From the NCBI RefSeq assembly GCF_004010195.1, contig NC_057750.1, positions 13,443,852 to 13,489,001 on the forward strand: 45,150 bases of DNA, written 5' to 3'. The DNA comes from Chiloscyllium plagiosum. Lineage: Eukaryota. Position numbers and translations under genes: made by a program. The notes below the pieces were generated by a model that was not told where the DNA came from, did no database searches, and saw only the letters and a program-made list of their open reading frames with translations. Below, one piece after another: positions 34,716 to 45,150 of this stretch. Each line of letters starts with the position of its first letter. The stretch's first letter is position 1.

Positions 34716-36057
34716 TGAGAAACAAAGAGTCTGATTTTGGGAAAGACAATGCTTTGTCATTTTGTTATTTGAAGTCTGTAAACATTCCTTGAAGAAATGT
34801 ATTTTCAGCCTCACACATCCACTGAATGTAAATTTTACTTCACCTTGCCTGAGAATTGGGAATCTAGAACACACTTGAATTGAACCATCAAAAAGAGAGG
34901 ACCCCATTCTCGGTTACACTACACATCACCCAGACACACTTCATTCCAGTTCCCTGGGGTAGGGAGAGGTCGGGGAGGGGGTGCAGCACGGACGCCAAGT
35001 CACAGCGAGGGCTGAGAGCTTGACCCTGAGCTGGGGAGCACAGGGTAATAGTGAAGGCTGGCGTGTCAGGACACACTCAGGGGAAAGGCCAGTGGAACAC
35101 CAAGAGGTGAGGGGTGTTGGGTGTGGGGGGGGTGTCGGGGGGGGGGCAAGGCTGAGCATGCCCAGAAGCTGAGAAGCGACTGGAACCTTCTAGAGATCGC
35201 TGTGGAGAGAACGGGGGAAAACTGCAGACATGGAAGCCCCCAGCACAGAATGGGGCAATATTTAAACAGAGAGAACATTTTATAAAATAAATTATAAGTA
35301 AGAGTAAAGAGGGACCTGGAATGTGGGAGATTGGAATATATCTGGAATCCACATATAACTGTAGACACTACTATTCACCTCAGCCAAGCCAATATTGCAG
35401 AGGGCGTGAGAGATGTCTGGTGTATTGACCTGGAAGGTGTTTTACTGACACATTTTATTTTGTAAGAAAAACAATGAACCTTTTGTGGGGTTGTTATAAT
35501 TTTCTTGTTCTGTACCTGCTGCTTTGTACCACTCTGTATCGTAAGTCTATCTTTACGTCTTGATAACGACCTCAGAGTGAGGGAGATCAGGGCCATCAAG
35601 TGCCACATATTCTGTATGTTCCCCTGGAGACTGTGACACAGCAGCACTTTCCTGACTCAGTATGTAATGATTGTTTTTTTTAAATAAAATGTTATTTTAA
35701 AACAAAAATGAACAAGGACGATGAAGACGGGCTTTGTGGCAACTGAAATTTATAAGAAGAGTTATTTAAACAAAAAGTCAGATTTTCTAATAAAACACAT
35801 TTTGCACTTGTCAGTTTTGTCGGTCTTTATTTCGATGGAGGGGATCGGTTTAGCTGGATCGTCGGTTTGCAGAGCTGGTGGCCCTCAGGTTAAATCACCG
35901 CCAGTCACTTCTCTCTCTAATGAGACAGCAGCCCCTATGGTCTGGTGAGACTATGGCGACACAATACAATTTCAATGGAAAAGAGCGACATCTGAAACAC
36001 CTCCTGATGCTGCCCGGCTTTTAGATTAGATTAAACACCTCCTGATGCTGCCCGGCT

Positions 36058-36388
36058 TTTAGATTAGATTAGATTAGATTAGATTAGATGAGATTACTTA
36101 CAGTGTGGAAACAGGCCCTTCGGCCCAACAAGTCCACACCGCCCCGCCGAAGCGCAACCCACCCATACCCCTACATTTACCCCTTACCTAACACTACGGG
36201 CAATTTTAGCACGGCCAATCCACCTGACCGGCACATCTTTGGACTGTGGGAGGAAACCGGAGCACCCGGAGGAAACCCACACAGACACGGGGAGAATGTG
36301 CAAACTCCACATGGTCAGCCGGGAATTGAACCCGGGTCTCTGGCGCTGTGAGGCAGCAGTGCTAACCACTGAGCCACCATGCCGCCCA
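36058..36388 (-). mobile_element. Young HE1-type SINE with (ATCTA)n tail, inserted in a Penelope-type remnant
   Basis: Complete SINE; flanks CCTGATGCTGCCCGGCTT | GGCTTGCTGTG rejoin, with GGCTT duplicated. Confidence 0.85.
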
Positions 36389-36589
36389 CAAGGCTTGCTG
36401 TGTCCTTCCACTCTCCTGGTGGTCTACCTTGGATTCCAGCATCTGCCGGTTTTTTTTCTCGTCTCTTATTTCAATGCGAAGTAGAGGTTTATTAAAGGGT
36501 TAGTATTAAAGCATTAACTCTGTTTCTCTCTCTCTCCGTGAGTATGTTAATAGTGAGAGTGTGTTAATAGTGAGTGTGTGTGTTAATAG

Positions 36590-37229
36590 TGTAAGAAATG
36601 GGGAAGTGTTGTTTTCACAAAAAGGTAGTGATAATAAGCTTAAGTATAGCGCTGACAAATCCAGTGTAAAGGGCAGCTGCAGACAATGATCACTTCAGCA
36701 AGCACTAGGGAAATGTATAATTGGGAACTAACTTTAGTGCATAATTATTCCAGTAAATACTTTAAATAATTTAGTCTCAGTAAAATAGCTGAGATAGCTG
36801 AAACAAATAAACTAGGCAAGAAAAGACACTTTGTTAAAATGTATTTTCAGGAATGGAATGTACCTATGAACTATGGAAGATGTTACAAGCAAAACAGATA
36901 AAGTGAAAGGACCATCAAGACCCAAGTTTTGCAAAATCTTCCTTATGTGAGCACTTACAGAGGGAAGGGTCGCCCACTTGGAGAAGGGGGACGGGGGGGA
37001 AATAATAAGAGCGGATCGCAAGTTAGTCAGAGAATAAAGTTGATTGGGTAATGTAGGAGTCAGAAGAGGTGACCTCACGCAGCTCAAAAGTATAACTGTG
37101 TACTAGTTTGAATGTTCATTGCTCATTTGCTTCTGCATTTGATGCCCTTTCTTGCAAGATCGTAGAATAAATTGTCTTGTTTCCAGTTTTGGTGGTCTCG
37201 TCTAAATTTTATTAAATTTGTTTCTAACA
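36590..37229 (+). repeat. 5' LTR (640 bp)
   Basis: TGTAAG...TAACA; direct repeat of 43226-43858; ATTGG (37043), TATAA (37091), AATAAA (37166-37171). Confidence 0.95.
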
Positions 37230-37233
37230 GATT

Positions 37234-37252
37234 TGGGGGCTCGTCCCGGGAT
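37234..37252 (+). promoter_or_regulatory. Primer-binding site, tRNA-Pro
   Basis: TGGGGGCTCGTCCCGGGAT equals the MLV-type tRNA-Pro PBS TGGGGGCTCGTCCGGGAT plus one extra C; 4 nt after the LTR. Confidence 0.9.
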
Positions 37253-38009
37253 CCCAACCTCCGGTCGCTCGGCATTTTTGGGCAAACGGAGAAGGTGCAC
37301 CTCGCTGATTTCGGTGGTCTCTAGTCTCCCTCCTTGCCGCGGTGGCTTGGGCGAGCGTGATCCGGACTGAGAGACCCTGGAAACAAGACGGGCAGACGCG
37401 GCGGGTTCGGTCGGGTGACTCTTGTGATGCACAAGACCCGGGTAAGAAAGGTCTTAAAAGATTTATCCGGGCGACTGGGGTAGGCAGCGGTATTTGCTGC
37501 CAGTTGGATATATCTGGGGATCTGGGGAACCGGGATTCCAGTTGACCAGGGTTGGTAGCGGTAGTTGCTGCCAGGTGGATATATCCGGGGATCCAGGGAG
37601 CCGGGGTTCTGGGCGACTGGGTTAGGCGATTCCGGGCGACCGGGGTAGGTAGCGGTAGTTGCTGACAGTTGGATATATCCGGGTATTGCCGCAGGACGAG
37701 CTGAAACGACCAGGTAACTCTTGTGCACAGACCAAGGTAAAGAAAATGGACCTTTAAGTATTGCCTTGGTGGTCGGGCACGAATGAGAAGAACGGGGAAT
37801 TGGCAACACATATAAAATAAAGTATTTAATTGGCTAGATTAATCTTACGAGTAAGGTGTCTACCTGATTCGAACACCCAGCCTTAGACCGGTTGTTAAGA
37901 AGGGAAATCCCCAGGCGAAGGTCAGGACCCTGAAGTGGGTGTGGAAGAAGCTGACACCAGACCTCAGTAAGGTTAATTAAATTACAGAAAGAAACGGCTG
38001 AGTATCGAA

Positions 38010-39181
38010 ATGGGAAATAAGAATAGTGATTTAAGTTTAGAAGGAGACATTAGAGGGATGTCCGAGGACCACATCCCAACGGACAATCCTTTAGGAAAAA
38101 TGTTAAGAGATTGGAAGTACAATCCTTGGACACGAGGAAAGGATAAAAAAACAAATGATAAAATGTCAATGAAAAACAACCTTACAGTCAGGAGGAATCA
38201 GATTATGCTTCGTGTCAGAAGGGCTAGTAGCTGAAGGGCTACTGAGGGTACACTTCGTAACTTATAGTGAATTTCAAAATTGGGAACTGTATGCATTTTA
38301 CATTAAACACTGAATAATTTTTAATATATAAATATATATTTACAAGTAAGATTCCTTAATGTATATTTAGGAACAGGCTTTAAAGTTAGACAAGCATAAA
38401 TTGTATTTGAGATTACAGATTAGTTTTTTTTAGATTAGATTACAGTGTGGAAACAGGCCCTTCGGCCCAACAAGTCCACACCGACCCGCCGAAGCGCAAC
38501 CCACCCATAACCCTACATTTACCCCTTACCTAACACTACAGGCGATTTAGCATGGCCAATTCACCTGACCTGCACATCTTTGGATTGTGGGAGGAAACCG
38601 GAGCACCCGGAGGAAACCCACACAGACACGGGGAGAATATACAAACTCCACACAGACAGTCGCCTGAGGCAGGAATTGAACCCGGGTCCCTGGTGCTATG
38701 AGGCAGCAGTGCTAACCACTGTGCCACCGTGCCACGGAGCAAGAAATATTGCAATATTGCTTTTAAAAAAAAATCAAGGTCTAAACAAAACATTGGGTGA
38801 TGAGGAATGGCCAGGAGGTGGCCCTAAAGCTGTTCAGTTGGTTAAATCGGCTCAGCAATTGATCTGGCAACGTATCATGAGAAGCAGAAACAGAAGGCGA
38901 AAATAATGCTAGCCCACGGTTGATGAGGTAATAAAGAAAAGGACAAAACTAAAAAGTGAAGGAAATCGGGATGGTGGCGGGCAGCATGTTGAAAATAGAG
39001 GGAGGAGAAGGGATTGGGGAGGAGATGTTAAGGGGTCTGGTAGACAGGAGCAAGGATTGAAGTGGAAATCCCACAGGAGGGATGTTATTACTGTGCAAAG
39101 ACAGATCACTTTAAGAGAGGGTGTCCAGATCCGAAACAGGAAGTAAAGGCAGTGCCGTTTATGGACCTTGATGAAAAATAG
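38010..39181 (+). pseudogene. gag: gag remnant (MA start, end of CA, NC zinc knuckle); most of CA absent
   Basis: MGNKNS...IPTDNPLGKMLRDWKYNPWTRGKDKK (Gly2); NEKQPYSQEESDYASC; EKQKQKAKIML (~38879); CYYCAKTDHFKRGC CCHC (39083-39124); TAG stop 39179-39181. Confidence 0.85.
38431..38735 (-). mobile_element. HE1-type SINE nested inside the provirus
   Basis: Full-length copy sharing diagnostic CCGCCGAAGCGCAACCCACCCATA with 36058-36388. Confidence 0.9.
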
Positions 39182-39330
39182 GGGTGTCAGTAGTTCCTGC
39201 CCCCGGGGACCCACCAGGAACCCTTGATACATTTAAAGGTGGGACCTTACAAAGAGGACGTTTTTTTCCTAGTCGATACGGGGGCAGCAAGGTCATCCTT
39301 AAAGTTTAAGCCAAAGGGAGTGGGAACGAA
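39182..39330 (+). pseudogene. pro: Protease N-terminal remnant
   Basis: In frame after the gag TAG: GCQ*FLPPGTHQEPLIHLKVGPYKEDVFFLVDTGAARSSL; DTG at 39275-39283. Confidence 0.9.
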
Positions 39331-39770
39331 AAAGTTAATTGGATTATGGCGACAGCTTTGTGATGAGAGGCACGAAGAGTCATTTTTACGCTCATGACGA
39401 GATATTGCCACCAAATTGGGGATGGAATTAACTGCAAAAGGTGCTATGGAGGTTCTTAAAAATGAATGTGCTCGAGCAAAACAATTACAGAAACAGAGTG
39501 AGAAGTCACAAGTGACTGGTAAACAAACAGAACGACGCGATTAAAGTTGTTAAAATGTTTTAGTCACTTATTGCATTTCCACCCTGAAATATATAATATA
39601 TATAATTAATAATTAATACTTATAGTAAATCAATTGTGTTAGCCTGAATCAATATTAATTGGCAGGATTCCTTCACACATTCTCAGTGACCTGTCATATT
39701 GATTCATGGTGAATTTAAAACATGAACTGCATTAATTCATTATTAATTAAAGAATGGAAAGCTACATTAC

Positions 39771-41736
39771 TGACCAGAGTGTGTGCAGACAGTGGCAGCA
39801 ACAGTGGTATTGGTAGAGGAGAGTCGGAAATTTATTTTTGGGGGAGCCTTAACACCCCACATCAGGTACGGACCACACTAAATCAGAAAGCAGGACAATG
39901 GCTCACAGACTCTCGGACCTTGAAATATGAGACAATCTTAATAGAACAGGATGACCTTGTGTTAGTCACAGACAGTTGCTTGAATCCAGCTGCATTTCTG
40001 TGGCGGAGAGAGGGGGTGGCCTTTGGCAATCCAGAACGTGGCTGCCTTGATATTACTGAATATCAGACTAAAGTGCTTAAAAGACATACCGTTGCATGTG
40101 GGAGCTCGGTTGTTTATCGACGGGTCCTCCCGGATGATTGAGGATAAAAGGCACAATGGATATGCTGTAGTCGACGGGATAGAGGGAAGCGTCATCGAGG
40201 CTGAAAGACTGCCTAACGGCTGGTCAGCCCAAACTTGTGAACTCTATGCCCTAGAAAGAGCTCTCAGAACCTTAGAAAACAAAAAAGGAACAATATGTAC
40301 AGACTCCAAATATGCGTTTGGAGTGGTACGTACCTTCGGAAAAATTTGTCAAGAAAGAGGACTGATAAATAGCAAAGAACTAGCTCATGAGGAATTAATA
40401 AAATAAGTGCTGGAATTCTGTTACTCCCGAGAGAAATAGCGATAGTCCATATACCCGGACATCAGAAAGGGAACACTCTGGAAGCAAGGGGAAACAGACT
40501 AGCAGACGAGACAGCCAAAGAGGCAGCTATGAACCATACAGTAACAAAGATGCAGATTCTTACATCCTTAGTCGACTCTTCTTCTGTGAACCCCGTGTAC
40601 ACAGACGAAGAGGAAAAAAGAATTCCAGGAAATAGGAGCCTCTAAGACAACCGAAGGAAGGTGGATCCTCCCGGATGGGAGGGAATTGTTGAGTAAACCG
40701 GTCATGAGAAACATCTTAGCCACTTTACACCAGGGTAGTCACTGGGGCTCCCAAGCTATATGTGACATAGTATTAAGGAAATATGGATGTAAGGGAATAT
40801 ATACGTTGGCAAAACAGATATGCGCAGGGTGTACAACTTGTCAGAAGCTCAATAAGAAACTAACAAGGGAAGGGCCCAAAGGAGGGAGAAACCCTTCCAA
40901 AGTATACAGGTGGATTACACTGAACTACCCCCAGTGGGAAAACAGAAGTACCTGTTGGTCCTAGTAGACCACCTAACCGGGTGGGTGAGAAGCTTTCCCA
41001 ATGTCATCGGTCACCTCAAAAGGAGTGGCGAAAACCCTCCTTGAACATATCATCCCACAATATGGAATAGTGGAAAGTATAGACTCAGACCAAGGTAGCC
41101 ATTTTACTTCCAAGATCTAACAAGGAGTAATGGCAGGATTAGAGATCACTTGGGAATTCTATACCCCTTGGCACCCACCCTCCTCTGGACGGGTGGAACG
41201 AATGAATCAGACCAGAAAGAAGCAATTATCTAAGCTAGTCCTAGAGACTCGATTACCATGGACCAAATGTTTGCCTATTGCGCTATTACGCGTTCGGAGT
41301 GCCCCAAGGCGCGATATCGGCCTTCCTCCTTATGAGACGATGTTTGGGCTACCATTCCTGGGAGGGAAAGGAGAAGTGCCTACAGCTGAGTTTAATGACA
41401 AGTTTTTGAAAAATTATATTGTGGCACTTGGCTCTTCATTATCTATTCTTAGGAATAAAGGCCTGTTGGTACAGACACTGCCACTCGAGTTTGCAGCACA
41501 TCGGATACGACTGGGTAATTGGCTCCTGATCAAGACCTGGAAAGACACCAAACTGCACCCGAGCTGGGAGGGACCATTCCTAATCCTCCTGACTACTGAG
41601 ACAGCTATCCGGGCTGCTGAGAAAGGGTGGAGTCATCACACTCGCGTTAAAGGTCCTGTGAACGCCCCCATCGGCGGAGTGGCACGCTCATCCTACAGAC
41701 AACCCTCTGAAAGATAAGCTGAGAAAGAAGGAATGA
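39771..41736 (+). pseudogene. pol: pol remnant: tether, RNase H, integrase (RT core absent; stops and frameshifts)
   Basis: PECVQTVAATVVLVEESRK, TPHQVR..KAGQWLTDSR, LFIDGSS..SAQTCELYAL..TDSKYAFG, HQGSHWG..CTTC, VDYTELP, IDSDQGSHF, SSGRVERMN, WEGPF. Confidence 0.95.
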
Positions 41737-41860
41737 ACTGAGACAAAAGACTTTTTTTAACGTTTGATCGTTATTGATTGTAAGGGTTGCGTGGGCTCAC
41801 CTCTCCCTGGCGCCCAAAAAGATTAAGACAGATAGACAGGACGATAGGCAGGGGTCAGAG

Positions 41861-43118
41861 ATGGGCGGGTACTGGTATAGTATTGTAACATTAGTAGTAT
41901 TAACTGTTCAAGGAGGCGGGAAAAATCACTTCACTTCACTGTGCCAAAATTATGCTAAACAAGAGGGACTTGCCGACTGTTGGGTCTGTGCAGAGGGCCC
42001 ACACCATGGCAATTCTGGGATGCCCACCTCGGTAATACCACTCACCAAAAGAGAAGTGGAGTTTTGACAGGGGTAAATATAACTTTGCGGGGTGGTTCCC
42101 TCAACCAGCCCGGAAAAACCCAGGGTGCTATCGATGGCCTTAGAGTTTCCCCACCGAAAGGAGCAGTAAATACCACCCTGTTTCTGTAATCAGAATGACG
42201 CCGCACCCTTCCAATTAGGAAAATCATCTTGTGTCTACACCAGCCAAGCCACTGGCACGACCGTTCCCCTTATATTAAACGGAACATATTGGGTATGTGG
42301 CCTGAAGGCCTATCCATTTATTCCCGGGGAAAAATACATTCGCATGACCGAATGTATAGGAATGCATGCATGTTATGATGTTGACGAAACACTGCCTCAA
42401 AGCCAGAAAGGCTGGAGTGGCTGCTGTTACCTCGCTTATATAGTTCCTCACGTCCGATTAAGAAAAACATGAGCACAAGCTGAGAAAGGAGGGGGGAATA
42501 AGACATCAGGCCCGAGGGGTCTCTGAAGGAGACCGTCTGTTGTGGACACTATTCCCAAACTACGGCGCTGCAAGGGCAGGGGTAGAAATACAGAAACGGG
42601 CCGCTGCCCTTGAGAAGTTAATTAATGATACCGTCGACGCAATGGGAGAAACTCAGTCCCAAATATCGGCCATGACCACCGAAATGATTGCTACAAGACT
42701 AACAGCTTTACAGAATCGAATGGCTTTAGACTATCTCTTGGCCGAGAAAGGGAAATCTGTCCTCTGATTGGTAAGGAATGCTGCACCTTCATCCCAGGCA
42801 CCTCTTCCACAGTGGAAGATAAGGCAGAAATAGTAAAGAAAAAGATAAAGAAAATAAGAGAAATTGGGGATGAACGTCGAAAAGGGATGGGGCGACTGGG
42901 GACTGACTGGTTGGGGAAAGTGGCTAGTTAATTTAGGCATTTATGTATTACTGATAATAGTAGGTCTAATGATAGGATTGAACATGTTAAAGTGGATAAT
43001 GAGTAAGTTGGTAATGTCTTTAGGAGGACAACAATCAATGTTGGTCATGACAACAGCACGCGCACAAGAAAGGGAGAGGAGCAGATTACTCCTAGAGTTT
43101 GAAAAAAGGCAGACTTAG
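41861..43118 (+). pseudogene. env: Gamma-type env, disrupted
   Basis: Signal-like MGGYWYSIVTLVVLTV; CWVC (41978-41989); YWVCG..AY; WSGCCYLAYIVP; ISD LQNRMALDYLLAEKG (42708-42752); CPLIGKECC CX6CC (42758-42784); TM helix LGIYVLLIIVGLMIGL. Confidence 0.9.
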
Positions 43119-43203
43119 GAGGGCAGAAATGGCAAGATTGTGACCCTCTGCACCTTAGGGTGAAAAGAGGGCAGAAAATAAAATTGCAAAAACAACAAAT
43201 GGT

Positions 43204-43224
43204 AAAAGAAAAGCAATGGGGGAG
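43204..43224 (+). promoter_or_regulatory. Polypurine tract
   Basis: AAAAGAAAAGCAATGGGGGAG immediately before the 3' LTR. Confidence 0.8.
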
Positions 43225-43225
43225 T

Positions 43226-43858
43226 TGTAAGAAATGGGGAAGTGTGTTGTTTTCGCAAAAAGGTAGTGATAATAAGCTTAAGTATAGCGCTGACAAATCC
43301 AGTGTAAAGGGCAGCTGCAGACAATGATCACTTCAGCAAGCACTAGGGAAATGTATAATTGGGAACTAACTTTAGTGCATAATTATTCCAGTAAATACTT
43401 TAAATAATTTAGTCTCAGTAAAATAGCTGAGATAGCTGAAACAAATAAACTAGGCAAGAAAAGACACTTTGTTAAAATGTATTTTCAGGAATGGAATGTA
43501 CCTATGAACTATGGAAGATGTTACAAGCAAAACAGATAAAGTGAAAGGACCATCAAGATCCAAGTTTAGCAAAATCTTCCTTATGTGAGCACTTACAGAG
43601 GGAAGGGTCGCCCACTTGGAGAAGGGGGGACATAATAAGAGCGGATCGCAAGTTAGTCAGAGAATAAAGTTGATTGGGTAATGTAGGAGTCAGAAGAGGT
43701 GACCTCACGCAGCTCAAAAGTATAACTGTGTACTAGTTTGAATGTTCATTGCTCATTTGCTTCTGCATTTGATGCCCTTTCTTGCAAGATCGTAGAATAA
43801 ATTGTCTTGTTTCCAGACTTGGTGGTCTCGTCTAAATTTTATTAAACTTGTTTTAACA
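43226..43858 (+). repeat. 3' LTR (633 bp)
   Basis: Direct repeat of the 5' LTR; TG...CA termini. Confidence 0.95.
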
Positions 43859-45150
43859 ATGGTGAGTGTGTTAATAGTGAATGTGTATTTATATTGACTG
43901 TTTTAATAGTGGGATTGTGTGAATATTGAATGCATGTTAATAGTGAGTGTGTTAACAATGGGAATGTGTGAATAGTGAGTGTGTTAATAGTGAGAGTGTG
44001 TGAATATTGAGTGTGTGATAATAGTGAGTGTGTTAATAGTGGGAGTGTGTAAATATTGTGTGTGTGTCAATAGTGGGAGTGTGTGAATAGTGAGAGTGTG
44101 TTAATAGTGAGTGTGTTAATAGTGAGAGTGTGTGAATAGTGAGTGTGTTAATAGTGAGTGTGTTTATAGTGGGAGTGTGTGAATATTGTGTGTGTGTCAA
44201 TAGTGGGAGTGTGTGAATAGTGAGTGTGTGTTAATAGTGAGTGTGTTTATAGTGGGAGTGTGAATATTGAGTGTGTGTTAATAGTGAGTGTGTTAATAGT
44301 GGGAGTGTGTTAATAATGAGAGTGTGTGAATAGTGAGTGTGTTAATAGTGGGAGTGTGTGAATAGTGAGAGTGTGTTAATAGTGAGTGTGTTAATAGTGA
44401 GAGTGTGTGAATAGTGAGTGTGTTAATAGTGAGTGTGTTAATAGTGAGAGTGTGTGAATAGTGAGTGTGTTAATAGTGAGTGTGTTAATAGTGAGAGTGT
44501 GTGAATAGTGAGTGTGTTAATAGTGAGTGTGTTAATAGTGAGAGTGTGTGAATAGTGAGTGTGTTAATAGTGAGTGTGTTAATAGTGAGAGTGTGTGAAT
44601 AGTGAGTGTGTTAATAGTGAGTGTGTTAATAGTGAGAGTGTGTGAATAGTGAGTGTGTTAATAGTGAGTGTGTTAATAGTGAGAGTGTGTGAATAGTGAG
44701 TGTGTTAATAGTGAGTGTGTTAATAGTGAGAGTGTGTGAATAGTGAGTGTGTTAATAGTGAGTGTGTTAATAGTGAGAGTGTGTGAATAGTGAGTGTGTT
44801 AATAGTGAGTGTGTTAATAGTGAGAGTGTGTGAATAGTGAGTGTGTTAATAGTGAGTGTGTTAATAGTGAGAGTGTGTGAATAGTGAGTGTGTTAATAGT
44901 GAGTGTGTTAATAGTGAGAGTGTGTGAATAGTGAGTGTGTTAATAGTGAGTGTGTTAATAGTGAGAGTGTGTGAATAGTGAGTGTGTTAATAGTGAGTGT
45001 GTTTATAGTGGGAGTGTGTGTTAATAGTGATAGTGTGTGAATATTGAGTGTGTGTTAATAGTGAGTGTGTTAATAGTGGAATGTGTGAATATTGTGTGTG
45101 TGTCAATAGTGGGAGTGTGTGAATAGTGAGTGTGTGTTAATAGTGAGTGT
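43859..45150. repeat. AATAGTGAGTGTGTT (15-bp) satellite with a 47-bp higher-order core; also present at 36540-36589
   Basis: TGAAT recurs every 47 bp (44408, 44455, 44502...); the array runs off the window end. Confidence 0.95.

Larger units (their letters stand above)
36590..43858 (+). mobile_element. Class I (gamma-like, HERV-I/HERVIP-like) endogenous retrovirus; defective provirus with both LTRs
   Basis: LTR-PBS-gag-pro-pol-env-PPT-LTR order; TG...CA termini; flanks ATAG (36586-36589) and ATGG (43859-43862). Confidence 0.95.

Noticed and set aside
37224..37811. Antisense ORFs of 162-195 aa in the ERV leader
   Set aside because: GC-rich, internally repeated leader; no domain similarity, expected by chance.
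41861..43118. Domesticated (syncytin-like) env
   Set aside because: Several stops and frameshifts, including one between the ISD and CX6CC.

Overview
Repeat-dense vertebrate DNA, almost certainly from a shark (inferred from abundant HE1-type V-SINEs, HER1/CR1 LINE 3' ends and Deu-domain SINE relics). No intact host protein-coding gene can be supported. The main structure is a 7.27-kb class I (gamma-like, resembling the HERV-I/HERVIP group) endogenous retrovirus at 36590-43858. It has two ~99%-identical LTRs, a tRNA-Pro PBS, PPT, gag/pro/pol/env remnants and an imperfect 4-bp TSD, and it sits inside a 15-bp-unit satellite. Most of its capsid and all of its RT core are missing and replaced by two non-retroviral blocks that look like pieces of an intron-exon-intron segment. 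The window also has several Penelope-type remnants with minimal hammerhead-ribozyme cores, SINEs with internal tandem amplifications, a decayed Gypsy gag, several mini/microsatellites, a 500-N gap, and a unique region (5.3-8.2 kb) with Pbx-Hox/Meis motif clusters and CpG-rich promoter-like sequence. Repeat boundaries were set by eye and are approximate; family names come from recalled motifs, not database searches.
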